Shown: positions 38,701-51,500 of the stretch, piece after piece
Layout of the letters: each line of letters opens with the position of its first letter
Numbering within the stretch: position 1 is the stretch's first letter
DNA from: Amphiscolops sp. MND2022
Lineage: Eukaryota
Reading direction: 5' to 3'
Length of the DNA stretch: 64,000 bases
Assembly: GCA_964187785.1 (NCBI GenBank)
Contig: OZ076409.1
Coordinates: 75,580,001 to 75,644,000, forward strand
Made by a program: the position numbers and the translations under genes
Notes under the pieces: generated by a model
Told to the model about the DNA's origin: nothing
The model's database searches: none
Seen by the model: the letters and a program-made list of their open reading frames with translations, nothing else

Positions 38701-41700
38701 ATTTCAACTTCAGGCCTCCCAAAGGTAAGAAAAACCCACACAACTAGGATTGCAAGTGGATGCATGTGGAAAGTACTTGAATAGACGAGATTAATGGGCT
38801 TTAGAACGTCTCTCTATCGTATTTTGACGTTGACTTATGATGTTTTGAATGTGAGTTTGCTAAGGGGTCGAGAAGTCAAAGTGTAAAAGTGGAACATATG
38901 TCTCGTCGAAAACTCATCGGTATACATGCAATGAACCCCAATCACCCTCAATTACAGATGACTAGTGCAACAACGTCTGTCAAGGACATTTTTTGATAAG
39001 TGTCAAAATCACTACTAAATTCAGTTAGTAAGAAACTCTTGGGTACATTCTCATCTCTCCCCATCGGGGGAGATGAGAATGTACTTGCTAAAACGGTATC
39101 TTTTGTTTTCATGCGAGACATTATGTGCTTCGGCACATAGAAAACTTTGTGTTGTCTGACTTTTCGTATATACGTTAATTTTTCATGAATTTTCTCGTCA
39201 TTACGTAACAAAAACTTTCTACCATTCACCTTTAACTTTAGATTCCTAATAATAAATTTAGACTCCTGTCGTCGAAAAACATACTGAGGCATGTTTTTCG
39301 ACGACGTATGCCGAAACATAAATGCGAACAAAATTGCTGAATTTCAGAATCAGTGACAAACAATTTTGACTATTTGACATATGGTAGCTTTTTATATGGA
39401 TCTTACACATCACTGATATTTCACAACATTCCAGCTGACGCCCACAATCCAACATCAACGCCCATCGTCTGTGGGCATGCCGAGGCATGCCCTTCGACGA
39501 CGTATGGCTAATACCTTCAACGACGCCCCCACCTTCCCCCGTCTAGGTGGAGGTTATTTTATAATAATTAATGTGTTTTTTTCCGGAGTTTGTGGCTTTG
39601 GAAAAAACAAAAGGCGAGAAATTGGGCACTCCGGGCTGAACCGTATACACTCAAAATTCGCCCAATATTTATACGATCTCGAAACCCAGCCGTACGATTT
39701 GGCTGAAAATTTGCATGCGGCTAAAAAAGCAGATTCTAAGAACTATTTCCTGCTGACATTTTTTTGAAATTTTTGTGTACGTTTCCCCCCCGCCCCCTAA
39801 AGGGGTCAATTTTCCCCAATTTTGCACTTATGAGTCAAATTCTCAAAACTGGTGGATCTGAGCGTGTTCCCGGCGGGGACAACTTTTAACAAGCGCTCTT
39901 CAGTAGACCTGTTTGACTTTTTACTTTGGTGGTACGTTCACCCCCCAAGGAGGAAATGATGTTTTTGTGACTTCCGGTCGAGACTTTTTTCACCCAAAAA
40001 ATCGAAATTAGCCAGTTTTGAGCAGGAAGGAGTGGATTTAAAGTGTCTGTACCCTGCTAAAAATTTGTTGGGCGTGTGGCGGCACATCTAATACCAAAAC
40101 CGGTTTTCACCCCCAAACCCCCCTTGTGACCAAAATTCACCCAACTTTTTTTTTACCTCTGTTTGTAGTTTTTTTTACGAATTTTCGTCTTTTCAATCGG
40201 TGAAGAGTTGAATTAGGGGCTGCTGATAGGTTACCAAAGTTCAAGTACACTTGGAGTGCAACTGAGTGACCCTTTTTGGGCCTCTCGTGTGTTCGGCAAT
40301 GACCGGAAGTGCTATAAACCCCCCTTTTTTGACGTTTGTTGACCTTCATACTCGCGCTTAGATGAAGTTTATATCGCGCAAATCCTACAAACCAGTATTA
40401 GGATGACATGCTAGCCAACTAGAGAGCAATAAGGAAAACTATACTATACCGGAAGTAACCCCCCTTGACCGGAAGTTGTCATTTTTGACCGGAAATTGTC
40501 CAAAACCTAGCGTGAGAGCAGTTTTTCATTGCTTATAAAGTCAACTTTTTACTTTTTTCAATCTGCGCGAGCTTGGCTTCAGGTTCGTTAGTGTTGCCCG
40601 TGCACACTGCAACAAATATACATCTGTAAAATTTTCGCTATAATATTGTCGGAGAGAGAAATAACGGGTTTTTGGGATTTTTTTTCCAAAAATATTAGTC
40701 TATGTCTGTCATTTTTACCCAACGTTATTGAACAGTAGAACCACAGGGGTTAGTCTTTGCCCAAATATATGCCTAACAAAACCACTTGTCCCAGTGGTTG
40801 CAGTTTGAGCGTTCTAGCTTTGCCTGGTCACAAGTTAGGGGACTTGAAAAAGTTTCCAAATTATTTCCGAAGTTTTTTTCTAAACGTCACGTCTCCCAAA
40901 GTTAGGAAACTTCCTCACAACTACGACTACAAGTGAATGCATGTGGTAAGACCTATAAATGGAGATAAAAACTCCGTTTAAAACGTCTCTTTATCGTAAC
41001 GTGACGTTAAGAGGTGTTGCTTTGAATATGAGTTTGTTAAAGCGTCGAGAAGTAAAAGTGTGTAAATGGAATCTTTGTCTCGATAAATAATCATCACAAT
41101 ACATGCGATGAACCCCAATTACCCTCAGTTTCAGTTGCTTAGTACACCAACGTCTTTTAAGGACCTTTTATCTATTTTGAAAAGTGTCGAAATCATTATT
41201 AATATCAGTTATCAAGAAACACTTGAGTACATTCTCATCTCTCCCCATCGGGTGAGATGAGAATGTTCTTGCTAAAAGCCAGGTACTACGGCCCCCTTTT
41301 GTTTTAATGCGATGCATTCTCTGCTTTAGCACATAGATATTTTATTTCACCTGATTGTTTGTATACTCTCTGACTTGCTGTTACAAATCTCTCGTCATTA
41401 CTTTACATAAATATACAACCAAAAATCATTATCGTCAACGCCACATACATTTAGACGCCCACCATTCCGTAGGTAAGTCGAGGCATACCATTCGATTACG
41501 TATGTCAAAACGCAAACGCGAAAAAAAGTGGTGAAAATCTGAAACAGAGACAAACAATTTTGACTATTTGACATATGGTAGGTTTTAATATGGGAGTTAC
41601 ACATCACTGACATTTCACAACATTCCAGCTGACGCCCACATACCAACATCAACGCCCACCGTCCGTGGGCATGCCGAGGCATGCCCTTCGACGACGTATG

Positions 41701-41737
41701 CCAATTTCTGTATATCTACACCCACCCGCGGTAGCAG
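35761..41737 (+). repeat. Three atypical long monomers (1402, 2380, 2195 bp) with the same termini but divergent or expanded interiors
   Basis: Bounded by hairpin+CTAGGTG at 35761, 37163, 39543 and 41738. Interiors are only partly alignable to the standard monomer. Confidence 0.8.
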
Positions 41738-42592
41738 CTAGGTGGCCGCGTCTTTTAGATGGACTTTTAGCCCTGAGGCGCGGGTAGGGTCCTGCGCCGA
41801 CCTGGTGAAAATATACTCCTGGCAAATGGCCCGAATCGGAGACGATCTCAAAACTGGCCCGTACGATTTTCCTGAAAATTTGCATGTGGCCCCCAATTGG
41901 CGAGCAATGAAAAAGTGTAGGAGGTCATTTTCTCCTGGTTTCATTGTGAGACGAGATATATGAAAAAAACGGACCCCAAAATGACGAAATTTTCACTTTT
42001 TGACCATTAATGCAGCATTATCTCCCCGGACAATGCTCGGAGCAAAATTTGTCAGGACCCAAACTTACAACAGACTGTTAGAGCAGTGCACACAGTAATT
42101 TTGAAGGAAATCCGATAATCACATGTTGAGAAATTAACGATTTTCCGACAAAATTTTTTGCATTTGCAGTCTATCTCTGCCGTTTTTTGCCCTGATTTTT
42201 TTCCAGACCCTCTCCTAAAGACCTCCCCTGGCCGGTTTACCTCCCAAAAAAACCATTTGGCCCTAAATACGAAGTTTCAGCGTTCTAGCATTCCCCAGTG
42301 AAAAGTTATGGGACTTAGAATTTTTTCAAAAATTTTCAAATTTTTTCTAAAAGAGTTCAGACCGCCCAAAGTGAAGAAACTTCCACTCAACTAGTATTGC
42401 AAGTGAATGCATGTGGAAAGTACTCGGTAGGGCGAGAAAAATGCGCTATAAAACGTCTCTCTATCTTAACTTGACGTTGACTTATAATGTTTTGAGTATG
42501 AGCTTGCTAAGGCGTCCGAAAGTCAAAATTTGAAAATGGAGTTATTTGACTGCACAAATTCCTATAAAGTAGGTGATTTAGTTATTATAAAC

Positions 42593-42963
42593 CTAAAACA
42601 CCGATGTACGGAGCGTTTAGGGTCATAGGCGATACGTTTCGTTAAAATATCTTTCTAAGAACATTTTTTTAAAAGGTTTTTTTGGCTAGGATTTTTTCTT
42701 AGGTCTTTTTCCATAGGTTATAGGTGTAGGTTATAGGTTAGGCTTTTTCTAAGGTCCTTTTTTGCTTTCCCTGTTTCTAAAACACGGACTTCCGGAGCGT
42801 TTAGGATCATAGGCGATACGGTTCGTTAAAATAACTTTCTAAGAAAATCTTTTTTCGTTACGTTTTTTTTGTCTAGGATTTTTTTCTTTGTTTTTTTTCC
42901 ATAGGTTATAGGTGTAGGTTATAGGTTAGGCTTTTTCTAAGGTCCTTTTTTGCTTTCCCTGTT
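42593..42963 (+). repeat. Two imperfect ~184-bp direct repeats with TAGG-rich microrepeat, in the 5' region of the autonomous element
   Basis: Copies start at 42593 and 42777 (CTAAAACAC...GGAGCGTTTAGG.TCATAGGCGATACG). Both contain ATAGGTTATAGGTGTAGGTTATAGGTTAGG. Confidence 0.9.
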
Positions 42964-44512
42964 CACAGCATAGTTTGTTTTTAGTGGCAGAAGAAGACGA
43001 CGACGACCAAGCATACGAGTTTTTCTTTTTTTTCTGGGTTTTCTTGGGGTTAATGGCTATCCCGAAACCAGTGGCTCCTGCTCGAGGGCTTCTCGGGTGC
43101 TGGTTTCGTGTATGGGGTTATCCCCCCCCAGTAGGTAACCTCTGCCCAAATTTTCAATCGTCCCTCGTAATTCGCATTTTGCCGGTGTCTTTTTTTTACG
43201 GGCGTTTCGTCGAAAAAAAGATAGAATTTTTCTCGGAACCGGCAAAATCGAAAAATCAACCACCAAAAATAAAAGACGTCGAGAAATCAATCAGAGTTAT
43301 CGGGCGTCCAGTTGCTACAAAGAAGAAGTACAGACTAACCTTGCTTCAGTTTCAGGTGCCAGTCAATCAAGCTCAAGATGTCTTTTTTGTAACTTATTAA
43401 ATAGTCCATAAAATTTTTGAAGTTAGGAAAATTTTCAAAGGTTAGTTTTTTTTTAAATTTTGAATGAAAAATATGTGCCAGTGAGTTTAAAAGTAATAAA
43501 ATCAATAAATATCAAGTAACCCAACTTGCGGTTTCACTGTCCTAATTTTCTTCAGTTTTAGTTTACATATGAAGATGCGCCGTTCCGATACGTAACTTTT
43601 TTTCTAAATCGAATTCGCTGAGACTATTATATCCGCGCATCGTTCATACGGTCGTTATTGAGCATAAATTATGCTCATTGAAAAAATGCGTGATCGTCGT
43701 CGCTCAATTTCTACGTGTTTTTATTGTTTGTTATCTTTAATGAAGTCTTATATTTTATCAATTCTCTGCGGGATCTATGCCACTATATCACTTTTACCTA
43801 AAAATATTTTTCGACAATTGGTTTTCCGCATCAAATTAATCAACTCTTTGGTTGTTTGACGAACCTGTTTTTCATTTTGATCGGATTGTTACGTTTTCGT
43901 CTAATTGTACAATTTTGACACCTAGTTTCAAATACAATTTAGACAAAAATTAGAATTTTCGGAAGCATTTTTGATGCCGCAGAGATAACAGATTCAATGT
44001 AAAAGCTATGTATACAAATGACTTTGTACCTGATGCACTAGAGAATGAATTCCACCAATAAACGACTTAAAACCTCTTGTACTGTATGTTTGATGCATGT
44101 TTATTTTATACTGAGAGTCTGGAAGGTCTTGAAATGTCACGAGATCAATATCGATTTTTTTCTAAGGCCTTTCTATCAGCTACCTTTATATTTCACTACA
44201 GAAAACCTTGTTCAAAACTACATAGACTCTAACGTTTGTCTAATTTTAAATAGAATTTTGTACAGTGGTGAACGAAAAACCTTTGTCAAAACATAGTAGA
44301 TTTATTTTCGGCTTCTAAATAACGTAAAAAATCGCATTTTAGGTTTCAAATTACTTTTATAACTGTCTTCTCTTTCACTCTCAGGTAGTTTCCGAACGTT
44401 TTGAAATAAATACTTGCCAAATTTGATTCAGTTTTCGTGAACATAGCTAATCGGATGGTTAAAATTTCGCTTGCCTTTGATCTCCTTTCATGGTGTCTTG
44501 AAAATCTGAGTC

Positions 44513-45557
44513 ATGAACAAAGTAATCTTGGGACTCTTTTTTAGAGCCATGATGACCAAATTTCTGAAGTTGTGGTTGCTGCGAAGTGGGATAGAATGGA
44601 ATCCTGGACCGAAGAGGAAAACGAATAGATGTCCGAAGTGCGCAAAATGCAATCAATTTGTTGCTTCTTCTGGTGTTTGCAATACTTGTGATTACCAACC
44701 CATTGTCCAAGTGTTTGAGGCACAGCCCGATTCAGCCCAACCGCTATCGACACAAGTACCATTGGCAGATACACAGGTTGATTCACTTACACAACAAGCT
44801 GCCAGTATGGCCCTGTTTCAGCATATAAATTCTGCCTTCAATATCAACGCAGCAGGCATCCAGAATTTGCTTGAGGCTGGTTATATCTTTGGATACTTCG
44901 ATTCCCCCAGACCTCCATTATTTTCTCATACGGAAACCAATTTACTTAAATATCAAATTGCAGAATTGCAGAACGTTCATGGAGACGGAGCTTGCTTGTT
45001 TAACGTGTTTTCCCTTTTATTGTTTGGAAATGAGACTGCAGCCACCAACATCAGACGCAAGATTTGTGAGGTTATGCCAACAATAAATTTCCCAGCTGGG
45101 ACATTATATGCCAATGGATCTGTTTGCACGACTGTTGAAGAGTATTTAAAGTCCAGCTCCATGCGTTATCGTTATGCTTACGGAGGAGACGCTGAAGTTG
45201 CAACATTCTGCAGTTTGACCAAATTATCAGTTGTTGTTTACGTTGCAACCATTAATGGTTGGGTTGTGTATTGCGATCCTCATTCAGAACAACCACCAGA
45301 AACAGGTCCCCATGTTTTTTTGTACCTTGAAGGGAACCACTTCCAGCTTGTCACCAGGATGGACTACACTGGGGTTGCATTTGAACACGATGACAACATT
45401 CCGAAAAGCTCACATCGACCGAAGACTACTTCAACTACAACTTCCTTGTCCTGCAGTTCCTCAGCAATTAACAAAACATTCCCTTGTCCACATCCATTTA
45501 CCCCTGCAGCTGCCAATGAAACATGCCATCAGCCTTTAGCTTCAAACTCTGCTCCAG
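44513..45557 (+). CDS. RepHel exon 1: 2A-like motif, CxxC zinc knuckle and OTU-family cysteine protease domain
   Basis: VHGDGACLFNVFS matches the OTU Cys box (GDGxCLF). Also YGGDAEV and YLEGNHFQLV (His box), and CPKCAKC...CNTC. OTU domains are known accessory domains of some animal Helitrons/Helentrons. Confidence 0.8.
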
Positions 45558-48500
45558 GTAATAGTTTAAATTACTCGAAATAATTTTTCAACATGGTCCG
45601 TATAAGCATCAGCTTCGATAAATATAGTTGGTTGAAACATTATTTACTCACAAATTGTATATCAACAGTTTAAATGATTTTGACGAATTGTTTCATTTGG
45701 ATAGCGCTTATTGAGTTGTTCACTTTTTCTATATATTCGTTATTTTTGTCGTTTAGATTGTCCATTAGCGTATCAGACAAACAACATTGACTACCAGTTC
45801 GATGCTCCGAAGTTTACCAATTTGACACAGTTCAAGAATTTCGACATCGATTGTCCAACGTCCAATCTAGCCAATATAGTATGGAGCAATATTGTTTGCC
45901 CCGAATCGTGTGATAAATGTGGAAGATGTTCGACAACGTACTATCCGCTCAAACTTACGAAGACAAATTCAGAAACTTTGAAGCTTCGCAAATTCGGTTT
46001 GCAAATGAAAAAAACCGGTTACGTGGATTTATGTGAGTGTTGTGTGCACTACGTGTCTGACGTGAAACCAAGATGGAGAGAAGTTTGGCCCAGTGTTCTC
46101 TTCACGTTCTTTTTTGGAGATCGGACTTTACTCAAGTTTTCAAGTAACAAGCAATTTTTCAGTGTCTTTCCGTATCAAATACAGGCATCATGGTTGAACT
46201 ATGCCAAAAGTTTTTGGAGTGACTTTGAAATGCGTCCAATATTTCGTGATTTAACACGCAACATCAACCATTTTACTGATCTTATCGAGTCGTTCAAGGG
46301 AAGAAACTACATTGAAGCAATGAATTCTTATGCTTATCCCTCAATCAGATGTTTTTGTGGCGCTTCCTCATACATTGATGACTACGGAATTATTCCCTTC
46401 CAACATCTGCTGAATTTTCTCGATCGAACATTTACAACTTTCGAAGCAAACCACAAAAAATTTTTGTGTGCAATCAGAAGTGACTACTTCGACATTTGTG
46501 ATTCGAAAATAGTTTTCGAGTTAAGACCATCAGTCAGTGTGGAACATGAATTGGGACTAGTTTTGTTAACTTGTAAGCAGCACGATGGTGGGTCGGCTCT
46601 CAAACTAGTCCATGTAGCACGCCATCCGCTTGTCGGCAATCTTTCTCACCCTCATTGTGACCGTTTAGCACCAGTGGCTTCCTCCATGAGAGAAGCAACA
46701 ATAATGAAAATTGGAGAATTTTCTAACACATGGTCCATTTCCAAATCAGTAGCTGGAAGGGACGGTGCAGGATCTTTAGTGCTTCATTCTGAACGAAATT
46801 TTGCAGTTAAAAGTCAGGCATTGATTCCTGCCCTGGAGTCAACGTTCCTCAATAATCGCAACGACATGATTGGCAACATGCAGCAAATTGCTTCAGAAAA
46901 TCATTTGCCTCAACATTTGGTGTCCAGCTGGTTTCGTCAGTACAAGTCACCAGAATATCAAGATTGTTTGCAAAGTGCAACGGTGATGCCCATGTCCACA
47001 ATTAAAAAGTTTAAAGACTTATACGAGACAACAGACCAGCTCCTTGATCAACTTCGAGACGTCAAAAAAGTTGCTTTAACTTCGTCTTCAAGCTCTGCTG
47101 ATTTTCCACAGCTTCTGCTACCAACGACGAAATTGTGCGAATGTGATGTTGGAGTTGCAGTAGTTGTGTTCTTTTTTCTGAACATCCCACCTTTTGCAGA
47201 ATGCGCAATCTTGAACAACAAAAGCCCTGCTCTCGACGCGATCTTCCAAATTGTCTTACAAATGAACGACCCCCGAGAGAAAATTACGGAATTAATTGAC
47301 AATTTGTTTGCTACTACATCAGCATCAAATACCCAAGATTTTCCCACATTTCTTACTTCGTTCTTTTCACAATTACAAATTTCATATGTTACTGTCGTTG
47401 AATCAGTCCAAAGTATTCAAAATGTGGGGACAGAAGTTTATGTTGTCGTTGTTGTTTCGAAGAGAAACTTGAACCTTGATTTACCATTACTGATTTCCCT
47501 CCACGCTCATGCAGCACAGTACAAACTTCTTGCTCTCGACGGAACGAGTGATCGAAGAGGTGTCATTTATTACAAGGAACGCATTTCTGACATCATTTGG
47601 ACTGTTGATTTGAGAAGCCAGAATTTGTCCAAAATTTCACAATTTTCTGTTAAAGCAAATTGCAGATACGCTCTGTACATACGATGTGACGGCAAAAATG
47701 TATCATCATTCGCCTTATCTGACGACATTGAAGCTGTCAAGTGTCCTGACCATAAACTACCATTTTGCGTAGAAGTTCCCAAAACACAATACCTCTGCTC
47801 TTTTGACACGAAGTGTTCCAATAAAGTATCTTGGAGATGTCCTGTCGAAGACTGTGGTTTTTCATTGTGTAAAAAACACCATACACAGCATAACGAAATT
47901 GAAAACATCGACTCAAAACTTGTAATTCGTACTCTTCCTGATTTGAGCTTTCGTGCCCCAACTGCTTCAACAAGTTCTTTTCTACATCTTGACACCGATT
48001 CTGGTGCTACGCACGTTGCTATGCAAAATGATGTCAACTTTGGAGACAATATTGTCTCCATGCACGCCCTACTCAATGATGTTTCAAGCGTGTTGAAACG
48101 ATGCGATCCCATCCAAGCAAGCAGACGTTTGAAACGTTTCTTTCAGCGTTTTCTATGCTTACATCCTTCATCCTCAACATCTTTGATACAAATCGAATCC
48201 CTCGTTTTTCCTTCAATCTTTTTTCATCAACAGTATGATGGCTCGTTTCCTGGTGCCATACCGTTTTTCTTGTACAGTGATGAAAACGACTGTCGAACGT
48301 TCGGTTACCAAAGCCTTCTGCAGCATTTTCAAACCCGACTTTCTGATCCTACGCTGCTCACGTCATCTAATGCCAAATACATACAGTTTGCTGCTGATAC
48401 CCTGCTGAATTTGAATCTGAAAGGCAAACATACGCAAGATTATATCAAACGCGGCATACAAAGCATTGAGCTCGATCAAAAGAGAAATTTGTTTGAAAAT

Positions 48501-51500
48501 TCATGCAACACTTTCTCTTCCGACACAGAGATGAGAGTGGACGAATTAGCAGCAGCTATGCGATCGAACCCAGTTACTTTATTTTTGACTCTTTCTTGTA
48601 ATCAGAAAGGTCAACCCGGAGTATCACCGTTGAAAAGAGCTGTCGATATCAATTTCCAAAATGCTTCCCCCGAAGAACGCAAAAGTGCTAACCAAGCCTA
48701 CATGACTACTTTTGTGCGGAACTGGAGTCGCGCTGTAAAATTTTTAATTCAACTGCTCCTTCGTTCATCAGAAAATCTTCTTGGCAAAATACACAAATTT
48801 TGGGGACGAGCTGAGTTTCAAAGTTTAGCTGGTAATTTGCAGCACTACCACTTCCTCATCTGGCTAACTGATGGATCTATTGATAAATTCGATTTGGTTC
48901 AATGTTCAGAGAAACACATTTTGCAAGCTCTGTTGAAAATTGCTGACTCATCATTAAATATTATAGACGACCAAACGCAACTCTACCAGCTATACGATGA
49001 GTGCCTTCAATTCCACACCCATAGTTGTGAAAAAGCGAAATGGCGATGCATGAAGAGGAGAGACCTTGAAGGCAACAAAATTTGTAGGACGCCGCCATAT
49101 CCACCTTCCCACGTTCATTGGCTAATGCCCATCCATACACAGTATCCACATGAAGCCCTTAAAGTACTTGAAACACTTGATTTGGCGGAAAGGATTCCTG
49201 GAACACTTTTTGGACTTCGACCTGCTGGGGAACTGAAATGTGAAAAATTTATGTACGCAGCAAGCAAAGGAGAGCACATCATACCAACTTGTGGTGTTTT
49301 GTTCTGTTTGACACGTTCTAGTACAAATTTACTTTTAACAACTGAACGATTTGCATGTAGCTATTTATCCAGTTACACTTCAAAAACCGAGGAGCACGCA
49401 GACGGGTCAATTCTGCCGGCAACAGACGGGAAGTCTTTTCGACTTAGAATTGATGCAATCCAAAACAAACACCTGGCCTCTGTTCGAATTTTAAATCAGT
49501 TGGATAAACAACAGCAGCGTGATGTTGAAAAAGTAGACTGTCGACTGGTCTCTCTTACAGAAAGCGTTTTTTGGACCTTGGGATTACCTTACGTAATTAC
49601 TAACATGGCTTTTGTACATGTTCAAAATGTTCCACCTGAATTGCGCTATGTACGGAAGACCACAGACCGCAGATCTTTTCCGAATACGAATTACATTACC
49701 TTCCGTGACGACGTCCCTAACCTACAAGATTTCCAGAAACTCACGTTTCATCAAATTGTTATGGCCCAAGACTTAGAGTTTTCAGGACAAGGAGATGAAT
49801 GTATGACATCATTCAGTTTGAGACCTCCGGAACTGATGTGTGTTACTAATGTGGAACTATTCTACAATTGGTTCACGTTTGAGCGTTCTAAAGAGAAAAT
49901 AGACAAGCTCAAAATTCTTTTCAAAAATGACATCTTTAAACCTTGGATTAACGCTCGCGGATGGCTCATAAAACTTCGACCGAGTGCCATCGAGAGTTTC
50001 CGAACATTTCTTTTGACTAATAATGACAATCAGTACACAGCTGCGAGAGACTACAACCTGCAAATTGTTAACCTCGTCGAACGGAGCGCTCATTACAGAG
50101 ACAAATATGTATGCCAAGATAGTAACATCTCTAAGCACAATGCAGAGGTTGTTTTTGCAACAGTGCATCCCAGACGAACTGTGAATTTCTTAGTTGCTTT
50201 CGTGCTGAGATTTGGAAATTTTGAAACAGAGTTAGAATTGTTTCAAACAGATTCTTTGATCCAATCTTACGTTACTGCTGGACTCCTGACTGAAAAAGAA
50301 GATTACACAGAAGACGACTTGAAAATCTTGATGAATACTTATGTTAAAAAAGAACTCAAGTATATACCAGGAGGTGCCCTAAGTTTCAGTGGCAAACTTT
50401 TGTCTGCTAGAAGAGCCTTCTCATTGCTGTTGAATTTACAAAGCACCGACAATTTAGAAGCACCAGTCGTTTTAATCTCTGAAATGAGGGAAAAAGTGAA
50501 TAACACTGTGGATAGTTTCTTGAAGAAAAATGAAGAGGACATATTTTTATCTCTGCAACGCCTGAAGATACCAAACCTTCCAACTTGTTTAAATTCACGC
50601 AACAGAACTTCATTATGGTTACCGATTCTTCCTTGCGAAAACGGCCAGAGTTCAACGTCTAAAAAAGAACAGATGGACATTATCAAACACTTGCTAAACG
50701 CTATAAACAGAGTCATCTGTGGTCAGAGCAACGAATTGAAAAACAACCACGTGATCATAGGTAAGGTGATTCATTTTTGTAAATCATAAGTTCCGCAATC
50801 AAATAACTTCTACAACCCATTCTTTTTTTCCTAGGGCCACCTGGATCAGGAAAAAGCCATATCTGTGGTGTTGCTATGGCTTATGCACAGTGCAACGGTC
50901 TGGTTACTTATTTAACCAGTCTCGCTTCCAGACGTGCAGCACAGCTTGGCGGAGAGCACCTACATCGTCTCTTTTGTATTTCAGTCAAAAAGTTACCTGC
51001 AACAGAGCTGGCAAAAGAAGCATTTTCAAAACTGGAGAATGACTTAAAAAGAAAAATGTTTCTGGAACAACTACAGGTGTTGATTGTCGAAGAAGTAAGT
51101 CTCATCCAAGCAGAGCTCTGGGCCACAATTGATTTGCTATTGCAGTTTATAAAAGGCAACGAACTACCTTTTGGAGGAGTTTTAGTTATCGCCAATGGAG
51201 ATTGCTGCCAGTGTCCGAACGTTTCTGGTTACGACGTTTTTCAATCATGCAGCCTTTTATTCACCACTGAATTTCACTTTTTGAACGAATTTGTCAGAAT
51301 GCATGACCCTCATGGCAAGGAAGTTCTACAGCTGCTGGAGGAACGACCTGTGGCGCCAGCTTCTATCGATCGTATCTGTGAACTACTACTTGAGCACTGC
51401 CAGTTTCACGACTCATGGGACACAGTTGACAACAAAATGATTATGAAAGTTTTTGGAAAAAAATCTGCGGAGCGACAATCTTTGATGGACCATGAAACAA

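Larger units (their letters stand above)
1..41737 (+). repeat. Head-to-tail array of ~1.28-kb mosaic monomers (putative non-autonomous rolling-circle/Helitron-like elements), left block
   Basis: CTAGGTG junctions at 1101, 2387, 3672, 4962, 6230, 7543, 8828, 10096, 11370, 12647, 13924, 15200, 16481, 17754, 19028, 20314, 21625, 22939, 24227, 25502, 26774, 28061, 29351, 30638, 31926, 33199, 34487, 35761, 37163, 39543, 41738. Each is preceded by the same 20-nt hairpin. Spacing is 1268-1314 bp for the first 27 intervals, then 1402, 2380 and 2195. Confidence 0.95.

Noticed and set aside
1021..41741. CRISPR array interpretation of the palindromic repeat plus variable spacer
   Set aside because: Repeats are ~1.28 kb apart, spacers recur in related classes rather than being unique, no cas genes are present, and the context is eukaryotic.
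42975..43400. 141-aa ORF upstream of RepHel
   Set aside because: TTG start, low-complexity (poly-F, poly-D) translation and no motif. More likely promoter or 5' UTR, though a small exon cannot be excluded.
45584..50875. RepHel as a broken pseudogene or three separate genes
   Set aside because: Both breaks are bounded by GT-AG sites in matching phase, and the second splice restores the Walker A motif.
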